Shown one piece after another: positions 55,649 through 64,000 of a stretch of 64,000 nucleotides of DNA; position 1 is the first letter of the stretch, and the number at the start of each line of letters is the position of its first letter. The stretch spans positions 694,102 through 758,101 of the forward strand of contig DASYFG010000004.1 in NCBI GenBank assembly GCA_036498565.1. The letters run 5' to 3'. The position numbers were made by a program, and so were the translations under genes. This DNA is from Lactobacillaceae bacterium. GTDB lineage: Bacteria; Bacillota; Bacilli; Lactobacillales; Lactobacillaceae. Below the pieces are notes generated by a model, which searched no databases, had not been told where the DNA came from, and saw nothing but the letters and a program-made list of their open reading frames with translations.

Positions 55649-57805
55649 TTAGCCTCGTGTTTTCTTTTGTGCCCAGTTTGATAACCACGTCAACAACGTG
55701 ATGACCACCAAGTAAACCACTGCGATAATCGCCCAAACGCGGAATCCTTGTGACGTACGTGCCACAATCAACGTTCCGGTTTGTGTCAATTCCAAAATAC
55801 CGATTGCTGACAAAATTGAAGTGTCTTTCAACGTAATGATGAATTGGTTGATGAAACTTGGAATCATAATGCGCAAACCTTGCGGCATGATGACTTTGCT
55901 CATTGATTTACCATATGACAAACCAAGACTGCGCGCTGCTTCCATTTGGCCTTTTTCAACGGCTTCAAAACCACCGCGGACAAACGCCCCTGTATAAGCA
56001 CCTTCGTTCAAAATCAACGTAATCAACCCCGCTGCAAACGCTGGGATTTTCAAACCACTAACACTTGGGATTCCGATGTAAATGAAGAAAGCCAACACCA
56101 TCAAAGGCAAACCACGGAAAGTATAAATAATCGTCGTTGACAAACCACGCAAGAACTTGCTTTGCGCAACGCCCATCAAACCAAGGATAATTCCCCAAAC
56201 AGAGGCCAAAATAATGGCCAATGCCGTCAACTTCAACGTTTCCAACAAACCTTGCCAGAATGCGCCACCGTTCGCATTCAAAATACCCCAAACAGAATCG
56301 TTGTCTGACTTTGAACCGGTGTACTTAGCTTGGCTTGTACCAAGGAATTCGTTGACGATTTTGTCATATGTGCCATCGTTTTTCAACGCGGCCAAACCTT
56401 CGTTAAAGGCGTCCAACAAAGCGGCGTTGTCGCCTTTCTTCACGGCAAAGCCGTACCAACCAGCGTTACCCAATTCTTGCTTTGGAATTTCCAAACCTAA
56501 ACCGTTCTTGATCGCATAAGCAATCACAGGCTTGTCTTCAAATGCAGCCGCTGAGTTGCCGTTGACTACATCGTTGTACATCGTGTCAGAGTCGTTGAAA
56601 TACTTAATCTTAAAGCCGTACTTGCTTTCCAAAGACTTCGCGTAATCTGCTCCAGCAGTTCCTGTCTTCAAAGCAACTGTCTTGCCTTTCAAATCAGACA
56701 ATGACTTGATGTCAGAACCTTTTTTGATCACCCAAACGACACCAGTTTGGTAGTAAGGTGTCCCAAAGTCGTAGACTTTTTCACGTTCGTCAGTGATTGA
56801 CATCCCCGCGATAATGCCGTCAGCTTGACTTGACGCCACACTTTGGGCCGCCGCGTTGAACGCCATTGGCTTCAACGTGTACGTAAAGCCTTCGCGCTTG
56901 GCAATCGCCTTCAACAATTCCAAATCAATTCCCGTGTACTTGTTGTTTTTGTCTTGGAAATCAAATGGTGGATAACTCGCGTCCGTTGTAATCGTGTAGT
57001 TTGGCTTGTAAGTTGCCACTGTGCCATCGCCCAAGAACTTGGCCACAATTTTGGCATACGTGCCGTCTTTTTTCAATTCCGCCAAGCCCGCGTTGAATTT
57101 CTTCAACAAGGTAGCGTTAGCACCCTTTTTCACCCCAAAGCCGTAGTAACCCGCGTTACCCAATTCTTGCTTTGGAATTGACAACTTCAAACCGTTTTTG
57201 ATCGCATAAGCCATCACGGGTTGATCTTCAAATGTCGCCGCGGCGTTGCCGTTGACCACATCGTTGTACATGATGTCAGAGTCGTTGAAATACTTGACTT
57301 TGAATCCGTACTTTTTTTGCAATGACAACGCATATTCAGCGCCGGCGGTACCCGTTTTCAAAGCCACTGTTTGGCCTTTCAAATCCGCTAGCGACTTGAT
57401 GCTTGAGCCAGTTTTAACCGCAAAGACAATCCCTGTTTTGAAGTAAGGCGTACTGAAATCGTACGTCTTCAAACGTTCGTCAGTGATTGTCATCCCCGCG
57501 ATAATCCCATCAGCTTGATTTGACGCCACACTTTGTGCCGCCGCATCAAAACTCATTGGCTTTAAGGTGTAAGTAAACCCTTCGCGCTTGGCGATTTCTT
57601 TCAATAATTCTTGGTCAATACCCGTGTATTGCTGATTGCTACCTTGAAAATCAAACGGTGGATAGCTCGCATCCGTTGTGATCGTGTAGTTTTCCGCCGC
57701 AGATGCAGATGTTGCTGGTGCAAAAAATGCCCCCGCTACAGCGAAGAAACTCAGTAACAGCAATGACCATACTTTTCTCATAGGTTTCTTTTCCATTCTT
57801 TTCAC
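55649..57805 (-). CDS. glnP: Amino-acid ABC transporter: two tandem substrate-binding domains fused to the permease (GlnP/GlnPH type)
   Basis: A signal peptide, then two homologous SBDs (both begin 'NYTITTDASYPPFDFQ'), then a His/Glu/Gln/Arg-type permease. The start may be 57805, 57796 or 57781. Confidence 0.9.
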   Translation of the reverse strand: MKRMEKKPMRKVWSLLLLSFFAVAGAFFAPATSASAAENYTITTDASYPPFDFQGSNQQYTGIDQELLKEIAKREGFTYTLKPMSFDAAAQSVASNQADGIIAGMTITDERLKTYDFSTPYFKTGIVFAVKTGSSIKSLADLKGQTVALKTGTAGAEYALSLQKKYGFKVKYFNDSDIMYNDVVNGNAAATFEDQPVMAYAIKNGLKLSIPKQELGNAGYYGFGVKKGANATLLKKFNAGLAELKKDGTYAKIVAKFLGDGTVATYKPNYTITTDASYPPFDFQDKNNKYTGIDLELLKAIAKREGFTYTLKPMAFNAAAQSVASSQADGIIAGMSITDEREKVYDFGTPYYQTGVVWVIKKGSDIKSLSDLKGKTVALKTGTAGADYAKSLESKYGFKIKYFNDSDTMYNDVVNGNSAAAFEDKPVIAYAIKNGLGLEIPKQELGNAGWYGFAVKKGDNAALLDAFNEGLAALKNDGTYDKIVNEFLGTSQAKYTGSKSDNDSVWGILNANGGAFWQGLLETLKLTALAIILASVWGIILGLMGVAQSKFLRGLSTTIIYTFRGLPLMVLAFFIYIGIPSVSGLKIPAFAAGLITLILNEGAYTGAFVRGGFEAVEKGQMEAARSLGLSYGKSMSKVIMPQGLRIMIPSFINQFIITLKDTSILSAIGILELTQTGTLIVARTSQGFRVWAIIAVVYLVVITLLTWLSNWAQKKTRG

Positions 57806-57822
57806 TTATATTAAAAGTATAC

Positions 57823-57848
57823 TAAAAAACCGCCTTTTTGGCGGTTTG
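57823..57848 (-). terminator. Terminator after smpB
   Basis: Stem aaccgcc (57828-57834) / ggcggtt (57840-57846). The upstream A-run gives a U-tail on the minus strand. Confidence 0.75.
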
Positions 57849-57883
57849 GATGTCAGGTTTTCTCACATAAAAACTTGCAGCTA

Positions 57884-58348
57884 TTACTTGAATTTTCGGC
57901 CTAATTCACGCTCAAGGTCTCGTTTTTTGATATCTTGGCGTTTGTCATATAAACGTTTTCCACGACCAATTCCAATCAATACTTTTGCAAAACCATGCGA
58001 GAGATAGACTTTCAAAGGCACGATCGTCACCCCTTTTTCTTCGGTCGCTTTTTGTAGTTGCAAAATTTCTTTTTTGTGGAGCAAAAGTTGGCGCGTGCGC
58101 AGCGGATCAACGTTAAACTGATTACCTTGTGCATACGCGGCAATATTGACGTTTGTCAGCAACGCTTTGCCATTGTGAATCGTGACAAAACCGTCTGCGA
58201 TTTGAATTTGACCGGCGCGAATGGATTTAATTTCTGTACCAGTCAGTGAAATGCCGGCCTCAAACGTTTCGGCAATCGCGTAATTAAAGCGCGCCTTGCG
58301 GTTGACGGCTAAAGCACCATCGTCTTCTTTTTTCTTTTTAGCAGCCAG
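57884..58348 (-). CDS. smpB: SsrA-binding protein SmpB, apparently CTG-initiated
   Basis: The frame stays open upstream of the 92-aa track ORF and encodes conserved '[34 protein letters not shown]'. This extension has no ATG/GTG/TTG. AAGGAGG lies 8 nt before CTG 58348, and an in-frame TGA sits at 58354-58352. Confidence 0.85.
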   Translation of the reverse strand: MAAKKKKEDDGALAVNRKARFNYAIAETFEAGISLTGTEIKSIRAGQIQIADGFVTIHNGKALLTNVNIAAYAQGNQFNVDPLRTRQLLLHKKEILQLQKATEEKGVTIVPLKVYLSHGFAKVLIGIGRGKRLYDKRQDIKKRDLERELGRKFK

Positions 58349-58364
58349 AGGTCAGTCCTCCTTC

Positions 58365-60704
58365 TTACTTACTATTACGGCGTCCTTGCGGCGTACGGTC
58401 GTTGCGTTTACCATTACGGTCATTGTAACGCTTTTCGCCACGATTGCGGCCACCGTTTTGACCATTTTTGTCATCGCGACCTCGACCGCGTTGACGGCCA
58501 AATGAGCCGCGATCGTTTTCTTTGCGCGCCACCCGAATGTCGGTTGTTGGTCCGTTTTCTGGATTAACCAAAATAAAGTCCACCGTGCGTTCAACTTTGT
58601 TGACCCGCAAAACTTTGATGCGAACGGGTTGACCGATTTGGAAAATACGATGCGATGAGCGGCCAATTAGCGCCGCGTGACTTTCGTCGTATTCATAATA
58701 GTCGTCCGTCAAATTACTAATGTGCACCAAACCTTCAACCGTGTTGTCCAAACTAATAAACAGCCCGAACTTCAAAGCCGAGTTGACCACACCGTCAAAT
58801 TCCATGCCGACTTTATCTTCCATAAATTCGGCTTTCTTCAACGCATCAACGTCACGTTCCGTGTCAATGGCACGGCGTTCGCGCGTTGAGGTGTCTTGAC
58901 CAATTTGCGCCAACACATCCCGGTATTTAGCTTGGGCTTCGTCGCCCGTGCCGTTCTTTTCGTACCATTTAATCAAACGGTGCACCGTCAAATCCGGATA
59001 ACGACGAATTGGTGACGTGAAGTGCGTGTAATATTCAGCGCCAATACCAAAGTGCCCCACAGGATCATCTGAATATTTGGCTTGCTTCATCGCGCGCAGC
59101 ATCATGGTAGAAATCATTTGACCTTCTGGCAAATCTTCCACCGAACGAATCAACGCTTGGAACGCACTTGGCTTCATGTTATTGGGATCACCCTTCAACG
59201 GATGCCCAATCGCTATCGTGAATTCTGCAAATTTTGTCACGCGTTCACTATCTGGTGTTTCGTGAATTCGGTATAGGAACGGCACTTTTAACTTGTCAAA
59301 GTGTTCGGCCACCGTTTCATTGGCGATCAACATGAAGCTTTCAATCATCCGTTCAGCTGTCGCGCGTTCCCGCAATTCGATGTCGACTGCTTTACCCGTT
59401 TCATCCACAATGATTTTGGCTTCTGGCGCGTCAAATTCAATTGCCCCGCGCTTTTGACGCATATCAACCAACACTTCGTGAAGTTCTGACATCACTTGTA
59501 GCATCGGTGCCAATTCTTCGTAGAACGGTTCCACAAATGTGCCATCGTCCAACAATTGGTTAACACCATCATAAGTCAAACGCGCATGCGAACGAATCAC
59601 TGACGTGTGAATATTGTGACTCACCACATGCCCGTTTTTGTCAATTTCCATTTCTGCTGACATGGCCAAACGATCCACACCGGGGTTCAAACTGGCAATC
59701 CCGTTAGAAATGTTGCGCGGCAACATCGGAATAACCCGGTCCGTCAAATAAACAGACGTCCCACGATTATACGCTTCTTCATCCAAAGCCGTGCCTTCTT
59801 GCACGTAATGACTCACGTCAGCAATATGCACACCCAAATGATAGTTGCCATTGTCCAACTTCCACGCCACTACCGCATCATCAATGTCTTTGGTGTCGGC
59901 TCCGTCAATTGTTACCAACGTTTGGTCGCGTAAGTCAATGCGATCAGCCATATCAGCGGCTGGTACTTCCGCTGGAATTTGGGCTGCTTCGTCCAAAACC
60001 GCTTGCGGAAATTCAGATGGTACTTTGTTGGCGTAAACGATTTGCAAAATGTCCATACCGGGTTCGTCTTTGTAACCGACAATTTCACGAACCAATCCGG
60101 TCAAAATTTTTGGCTTTTCTGCCGTTGGATAATCCGTGACATCTGCCACCACAACAGTGCCGTCAGTTGGTTTTAGACCGTCACCTTTAACCAACAATTT
60201 ATAACCGGCTGCTTTTTTGTCCGTGATGGTCACTTCACCGATGTACCCGGGGTTTTCGCCGTTCACGTTGAACACGCCAACCACTTGTTGATACGCGTGT
60301 TCTTCGATGTCCAAAACCCGCCCGCTCGCACCGCGGCCGTTGCCAGCTGGTGTGGTGATAATCACGCGAACTTTGTCGTTGTTCATCGCCAGTTTTGTGT
60401 CAGCTGGTCCAATATAAATGTCAGATTCTTTGTCTTCTGGATTCCAAGAAACGAAGCCAAAGCCTTTGTCATTGGCATGGAAAACACCAACTAGACCATC
60501 TTTTTCATCACGGAATTGGTAATTGCCATCCGTCAAATCCGCTTGTTGCGTGCGCACCAAGGCATTTAAGCCATTTTCCACTGCTTTGTAACCAGCCGCA
60601 TCATTCATCCGCAAGCCGTCCGCCAAATTCAGCGCACTAAAACTTTGTGTCGCGTTGGCTTTCAAAAAACCAGCAAGTTGCGCTTGTAATTGTTTTTGAT
60701 CCAT
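58365..60704 (-). CDS. rnr: Ribonuclease R
   Basis: 779 aa with an RNB domain ('DIDDAV', 'HFGIGAEYYTHFTSPIRRYPDL'), an S1 domain and a basic R/K/N-rich tail. Confidence 0.95.
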   Translation of the reverse strand: MDQKQLQAQLAGFLKANATQSFSALNLADGLRMNDAAGYKAVENGLNALVRTQQADLTDGNYQFRDEKDGLVGVFHANDKGFGFVSWNPEDKESDIYIGPADTKLAMNNDKVRVIITTPAGNGRGASGRVLDIEEHAYQQVVGVFNVNGENPGYIGEVTITDKKAAGYKLLVKGDGLKPTDGTVVVADVTDYPTAEKPKILTGLVREIVGYKDEPGMDILQIVYANKVPSEFPQAVLDEAAQIPAEVPAADMADRIDLRDQTLVTIDGADTKDIDDAVVAWKLDNGNYHLGVHIADVSHYVQEGTALDEEAYNRGTSVYLTDRVIPMLPRNISNGIASLNPGVDRLAMSAEMEIDKNGHVVSHNIHTSVIRSHARLTYDGVNQLLDDGTFVEPFYEELAPMLQVMSELHEVLVDMRQKRGAIEFDAPEAKIIVDETGKAVDIELRERATAERMIESFMLIANETVAEHFDKLKVPFLYRIHETPDSERVTKFAEFTIAIGHPLKGDPNNMKPSAFQALIRSVEDLPEGQMISTMMLRAMKQAKYSDDPVGHFGIGAEYYTHFTSPIRRYPDLTVHRLIKWYEKNGTGDEAQAKYRDVLAQIGQDTSTRERRAIDTERDVDALKKAEFMEDKVGMEFDGVVNSALKFGLFISLDNTVEGLVHISNLTDDYYEYDESHAALIGRSSHRIFQIGQPVRIKVLRVNKVERTVDFILVNPENGPTTDIRVARKENDRGSFGRQRGRGRDDKNGQNGGRNRGEKRYNDRNGKRNDRTPQGRRNSK

Positions 60705-60725
60705 TATTCTTCCTTTAATTTAAAC

Positions 60726-60850
60726 GCGTTCCAGGGTTCGGGAAGCGGTATGTAAGTCATCATCACGAAAAATCGTTACACGATTTTACGCGCTAATCCC
60801 TTACATACCGCTTCCCGTTTTGGCAAAGCCAAAACCACCCTTTCACGCTC
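60726..60850 (-). repeat. 125-nt structured intergenic element, copy B
   Basis: Homologous to 6626-6750. It lies between the secG terminator and the rnr RBS. It contains the 17-bp perfect helix GGGAAGCGGUAUGUAAG / CUUACAUACCGCUUCCC. Confidence 0.7.
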
Positions 60851-60854
60851 TTAC

Positions 60855-60887
60855 CAAAATAAAACACCTCCGAGTCTCGGAGGTGTT
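60855..60887 (-). terminator. Terminator after secG
   Basis: Stem acacctccga (60864-60873) / tcggaggtgt (60877-60886). The minus-strand tail is TTTTATTTT. Confidence 0.8.
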
Positions 60888-60890
60888 GGC

Positions 60891-61127
60891 TTAATGTGCA
60901 GAAACGTACATCAAAGCAATGCCGATCAAGAACCAAATAGCGCCCAATACAGCAGTTGCACGACGCATTACCGCTTCAAATCCACGTGACTTACGTTCAG
61001 TAAACAAATCGCCGCCACCACCCGACAAAGCGGAAAGTGCGTCTTGTTGCTTACTTGGTTGCATCATCACCGTCACAATAATCATCGCGCCCACAATCAG
61101 TAGCGCTGTCGTCAAAATTCCTGCCAC
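60891..61127 (-). CDS. secG: Preprotein translocase subunit SecG
   Basis: 78 aa with two TM helices and a 'GGGGDLF' loop. GTG start with AAAGGAG 7 nt upstream. Confidence 0.9.
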   Translation of the reverse strand: MAGILTTALLIVGAMIIVTVMMQPSKQQDALSALSGGGGDLFTERKSRGFEAVMRRATAVLGAIWFLIGIALMYVSAH

Positions 61128-61181
61128 AGTCTAACTCCTTTACCCATTCACCTTGCAAATGAGTGCCTAATACTAATTTTT

Positions 61182-61190
61182 AGTATAGCA
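61182..61190 (-). promoter_or_regulatory. Extended -10 promoter (TGcTATACT) for secG
   Basis: The minus strand reads TGCTATACT, with TTGTTT about 16-17 nt upstream. Confidence 0.5.
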
Positions 61191-61219
61191 TGTTTTAAAC
61201 AAGAAACAAAGGAAAAAAC

Positions 61220-62383
61220 CTAGTAATAAGCTCGTTGTGGCAAATGCCGGCGTCGCCGTTGTAAACGACGCCGACGCTGTTGCACAACCTCCGGAATTGC
61301 CAAAATCATACCAGCCACACTGGCCAAAATCACAAACATCGCAAGCGATAACAACACTGCTCCAACAACCGTCGGCAAACCAACAACGTCATTTAAATAA
61401 GTCGTGACATGTTGCATCCGGCTATGTAACACGCCCTCCCAAAAGGCCGGCGAGCGATCCAACAAAAACACCGCAAACGTCAACGCCCCAACTCGCGCGA
61501 CAAATTTTTGACGTGCATCACGCAAACTCGGCATTTGCACAAAGAAATGAAATAACGCCAACGTTGCAATCACCACGTTCGGTGACAAATAACTCAAAAA
61601 TGTTTTGTCGACCGTCGCAATATCACTTTTGCCAAACAACGGCGGGATAATCGTGCATAACCACCCAAACGCACTAGCGCCTCCATACACCAGCAGCGCC
61701 TGCCATTTATTCAGCGCATTCAAACGCTTAGGCAAGCCGTACAAACGCCAATACGCGCCGACAAAATACAAAATCAACAACCAAGCGCCGGTAAAACCGC
61801 CCCGCAAAAAGAAATTTCCTTGCCACCCAACCGTGATTGCAATCCCCAATAACGCCAACGTAATTTGACCAAAGACTCTCTGCGGCAATTGCTTAATGCC
61901 GGCATTAATAATCGGCAACATCAAGTAAACAAACAGATAGGCACTAAAATACCAATACGTGCGCGCACTGATTGGAAACAAAGTCTGGACAATCGTCTGT
62001 GAGGTTAAAATCTGCGGTTGCAGACTGCCAATCACCACCAACGTCACCAACCCCATCGCGAGCGCCTGGCCCCATAGTTGAAGCACTTTTTTGAATTTCA
62101 TGTCGTGATGAATCAATAAATAACCACTAATTAGGCCAAATAAATTCACCGCCACAATCACTAACGCTTCAAAAAACCACGCCGCGGCCCAATCCCAATC
62201 CATTTGATCGTAATGACGCAATACGCCGCCCCACCACAAATTATGAATAGCCACCACCATAAATCCAGCCGTTACCCGGGCAAAATCAATGCCCCCTAAT
62301 CGTGTTGCATCTGTCTTTTCCATAAGTCTATCGTCCACCCCAAACGTTAACTCAGGTTTAAAATAAGCCCACAGTTTTGTCAC
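61220..62383 (-). CDS. Acyltransferase-3 family membrane protein
   Basis: '[18 protein letters not shown]' and multiple TM helices. The start is uncertain (GTG 62383 or ATG 62323). Confidence 0.75.
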   Translation of the reverse strand: MTKLWAYFKPELTFGVDDRLMEKTDATRLGGIDFARVTAGFMVVAIHNLWWGGVLRHYDQMDWDWAAAWFFEALVIVAVNLFGLISGYLLIHHDMKFKKVLQLWGQALAMGLVTLVVIGSLQPQILTSQTIVQTLFPISARTYWYFSAYLFVYLMLPIINAGIKQLPQRVFGQITLALLGIAITVGWQGNFFLRGGFTGAWLLILYFVGAYWRLYGLPKRLNALNKWQALLVYGGASAFGWLCTIIPPLFGKSDIATVDKTFLSYLSPNVVIATLALFHFFVQMPSLRDARQKFVARVGALTFAVFLLDRSPAFWEGVLHSRMQHVTTYLNDVVGLPTVVGAVLLSLAMFVILASVAGMILAIPEVVQQRRRRLQRRRRHLPQRAYY

Positions 62384-62486
62384 AAAATTCGATCAATTTC
62401 ACAAAGTGATGTCAAGAAAGTTAACGGCATTACACAAAAAGTCGGCCAGCTGTTTTATACTCAAGAAAACACCTTTGGAGGAAATC

Positions 62487-63806
62487 ATGCCGTCTCTCAC
62501 GCAATTGCACACAACTTTTCCACAAATTGAAGATTTAGCCAACTACAACCCGCTATTTTGGCAAAATCCGCATTATGGCGAACGCGCGGATTTACCGTTC
62601 TCTCAAGCTGATATTTTTGACGCTGTGGCGCGTTGGCAGCGTTTCGCACCTTATTTGGCGCAAGCATTTCCTGAAACGACCGCCACGAACGGCTCGATTG
62701 AATCGCCGTTGCTACGAGTCGCCAACATGCAAAAAGCCTTTGAAACGCTCTACCAAACAACCGTCCCTGGGAAAATTTTTGTCAAAGCCGATAGTCTGTT
62801 ACCGATTTCTGGCTCCATCAAATCCCGCGGTGGTATTTACGAAGTCCTCAAATTCGCCGAACAAATCGCCATTGAACAAGGCGGCTTAAGCTACGAAGAC
62901 GATTACAGCGTTTTACTCACGCCAAAATTCAAACAGTTATTTGCCCAATACGGCATTGCCGTGGGTTCCACCGGGAATTTAGGTTTGAGCATCGGCATGG
63001 CGGGTGCCAGTTTCGGCTTCCAAACAACCGTCCACATGTCCGCTGACGCCCGCGCATGGAAAAAAGATTTGCTGCGGTCAAAAGGCGTGACGGTCGTTGA
63101 GTACGATAGTGATTTCACCACCGCCATTACGGCAGGCCGTTTGCAAGCAGAAAACGAGCCCAACACGTACTTTGTCGACGACGAAGGCTCGCGCGACTTA
63201 TTCCTCGGCTACGCATCAGCGGCGGTTCATTTACAAAAACAGTTGCATGAGGCCGGCGTTTTTCCCGATGCTGATCATCCGGTTTTTGTTTATTTGCCCG
63301 CCGGCGTTGGCGGCAGTCCGGCCGGCGTGAGCTTTGGTATGAAAAGTGTGTTGGGTGAACACATTTACCCGGTTTTTGTCGAGCCCACGCACGTACCGTC
63401 TGTGACTTTGGGGATGATGACCGGGTTAAATGATGAAATTTCTGTCTACGATATTGGCCTTGATGGCAAAACGCATGCCGATGGTTTGGCGGTTGGCCGC
63501 CCTTCGCGCATTGCCGGCCACGTGATGAAGACGCTTTTGTACGGCTCACAGACTTTCACTGACGACGTGATTTACGCCTACCTCACGCTCTTACACGAAA
63601 CCGAAACGCTCAAAGTTGAACCCTCTTCTAGCGCCGGTTTCACTGGTATTTTGCCAACCATCGCGCATTTTGACAAACCCGAAATTTTGCCAAACGCCAC
63701 CCACATCGTTTGGGCCACCGGCGGCCTGCTTTTGCCAGAAGATGATTATCAAACATACGTGCAACACGGCCAAGAAGTATTGGACCAAATGAAAAGCCAT
63801 GGATAA
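62487..63806 (+). CDS. dsdA: D-serine ammonia-lyase (D-serine dehydratase)
   Basis: PLP-lysine motif '[16 protein letters not shown]'. Start set at ATG 62487 (GGAGG 5 nt upstream) rather than 62406. Confidence 0.9.
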   Translation: MPSLTQLHTTFPQIEDLANYNPLFWQNPHYGERADLPFSQADIFDAVARWQRFAPYLAQAFPETTATNGSIESPLLRVANMQKAFETLYQTTVPGKIFVKADSLLPISGSIKSRGGIYEVLKFAEQIAIEQGGLSYEDDYSVLLTPKFKQLFAQYGIAVGSTGNLGLSIGMAGASFGFQTTVHMSADARAWKKDLLRSKGVTVVEYDSDFTTAITAGRLQAENEPNTYFVDDEGSRDLFLGYASAAVHLQKQLHEAGVFPDADHPVFVYLPAGVGGSPAGVSFGMKSVLGEHIYPVFVEPTHVPSVTLGMMTGLNDEISVYDIGLDGKTHADGLAVGRPSRIAGHVMKTLLYGSQTFTDDVIYAYLTLLHETETLKVEPSSSAGFTGILPTIAHFDKPEILPNATHIVWATGGLLLPEDDYQTYVQHGQEVLDQMKSHG

Positions 63807-63819
63807 CCATGGCTTTTTT
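63794..63819 (+). terminator. Terminator overlapping the dsdA stop
   Basis: aagccatgg-ataa-ccatggctt followed by tttt. Confidence 0.7.
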
Positions 63820-63827
63820 GCTAGCAA

Positions 63828-63857
63828 CAAAAAAAGCATCCATACGGATGCTTTTTC
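63828..63857. terminator. Bidirectional terminator between dsdA (+) and rpsI (-)
   Basis: aaaaaaagcatcc-atac-ggatgcttttt. Confidence 0.75.
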
Positions 63858-63886
63858 CTGTAAAAACCAGAAACGAAAATAAAATA

Positions 63887-64000
63887 TTAACGCTTTGAGA
63901 ATTGAGAAGCCTTACGAGCCTTCTTCAAACCTGGCTTCTTACGTTCCTTCATACGTGCGTCACGTGTCAAAAGACCTGCGGCCTTCAACGCTGCACGGAA
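63887..64000 (-). CDS. rpsI: 30S ribosomal protein S9, C-terminal 37 codons (rest outside window)
   Basis: The minus-strand translation ends '...[29 protein letters not shown]', the characteristic S9 C-terminus. Confidence 0.9.
   Translation of the reverse strand, partial: FRAALKAAGLLTRDARMKERKKPGLKKARKASQFSKR

Noticed and set aside
55649-57805. Internal ~230-aa duplication in the glnP product as a possible assembly artefact or novel fusion
   Set aside because: Tandem substrate-binding domains fused to the permease are the established architecture of GlnPQ-type importers in lactic acid bacteria. The two halves have diverged at the DNA level.
57884-58162. Reading the 92-aa track ORF as a truncated smpB pseudogene
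   Set aside because: The upstream frame is uninterrupted and encodes the conserved SmpB N-terminus behind a strong RBS. A non-canonical CTG start explains the data better than truncation.
58296-58666. ORFs 58296-58505 (+) and 58352-58666 (-) near the rnr 3' end
   Set aside because: They overlap the RNase R basic tail in other frames. Their compositionally odd translations reflect the repetitive R/K/N-coding sequence. They have no independent start signals.
1-64000. Scan for known defence systems (restriction-modification, CRISPR-Cas, Abi, toxin-antitoxin, retron-like)
   Set aside because: No nuclease, methylase, helicase, reverse-transcriptase or Cas signatures appear among the translated ORFs. 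All large ORFs are accounted for by wall-polymer or housekeeping functions, or are motif-less proteins inside a wall-polymer operon.

Overview
64-kb chromosomal segment of a low-to-mid GC Gram-positive genome of Lactobacillales type. The gene order looks Leuconostoc/Weissella-like, but that taxon is a guess. All product calls rest on motif recognition by eye; no searches were run.

I support about 52 protein genes, 47 of them on the minus strand.

Housekeeping blocks:
- ECF transporter plus tenA, and flavodoxin
- dnaB-dnaI plus two YibE/F membrane genes
- coaE and mutM
- glmU
- gatCAB-dagK-rlmD
- glnQ and glnPH
- smpB-rnr-secG
- dsdA
- the 3' end of rpsI

These blocks are interleaved with a very large cell-wall glycopolymer region (about 7.7-49 kb). 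It contains:
- six TagB/TagF-family CDP-glycerol glycerophosphotransferase paralogs, three with very long N-terminal extensions
- two separate TagG/TagH ABC exporters
- tagD, glf and ugd
- GT2 and GT4 glycosyltransferases
- acetyl- and pyruvyl-transferase-like genes
- cytoplasmic SGNH-like proteins
- a membrane-anchored beta-helix protein
- two wall hydrolases sharing repeat modules

I saw no rRNA, intact tRNA, CRISPR array, transposase, integrase or recognisable defence genes.

Most noteworthy observations:
1. A 125-nt structured intergenic element occurs twice (6626-6750 and 60726-60850), with compensatory base changes between the copies.
2. smpB has no canonical start codon and apparently initiates at CTG.
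3. A 60-nt tRNA-like acceptor/T-arm minihelix lies inside the low-GC wall-polymer region.
4. A tightly packed block of three unassignable cytoplasmic proteins follows a TarM-like glycosyltransferase.
5. The core gene glmU is stranded between two low-GC teichoic-acid modules.
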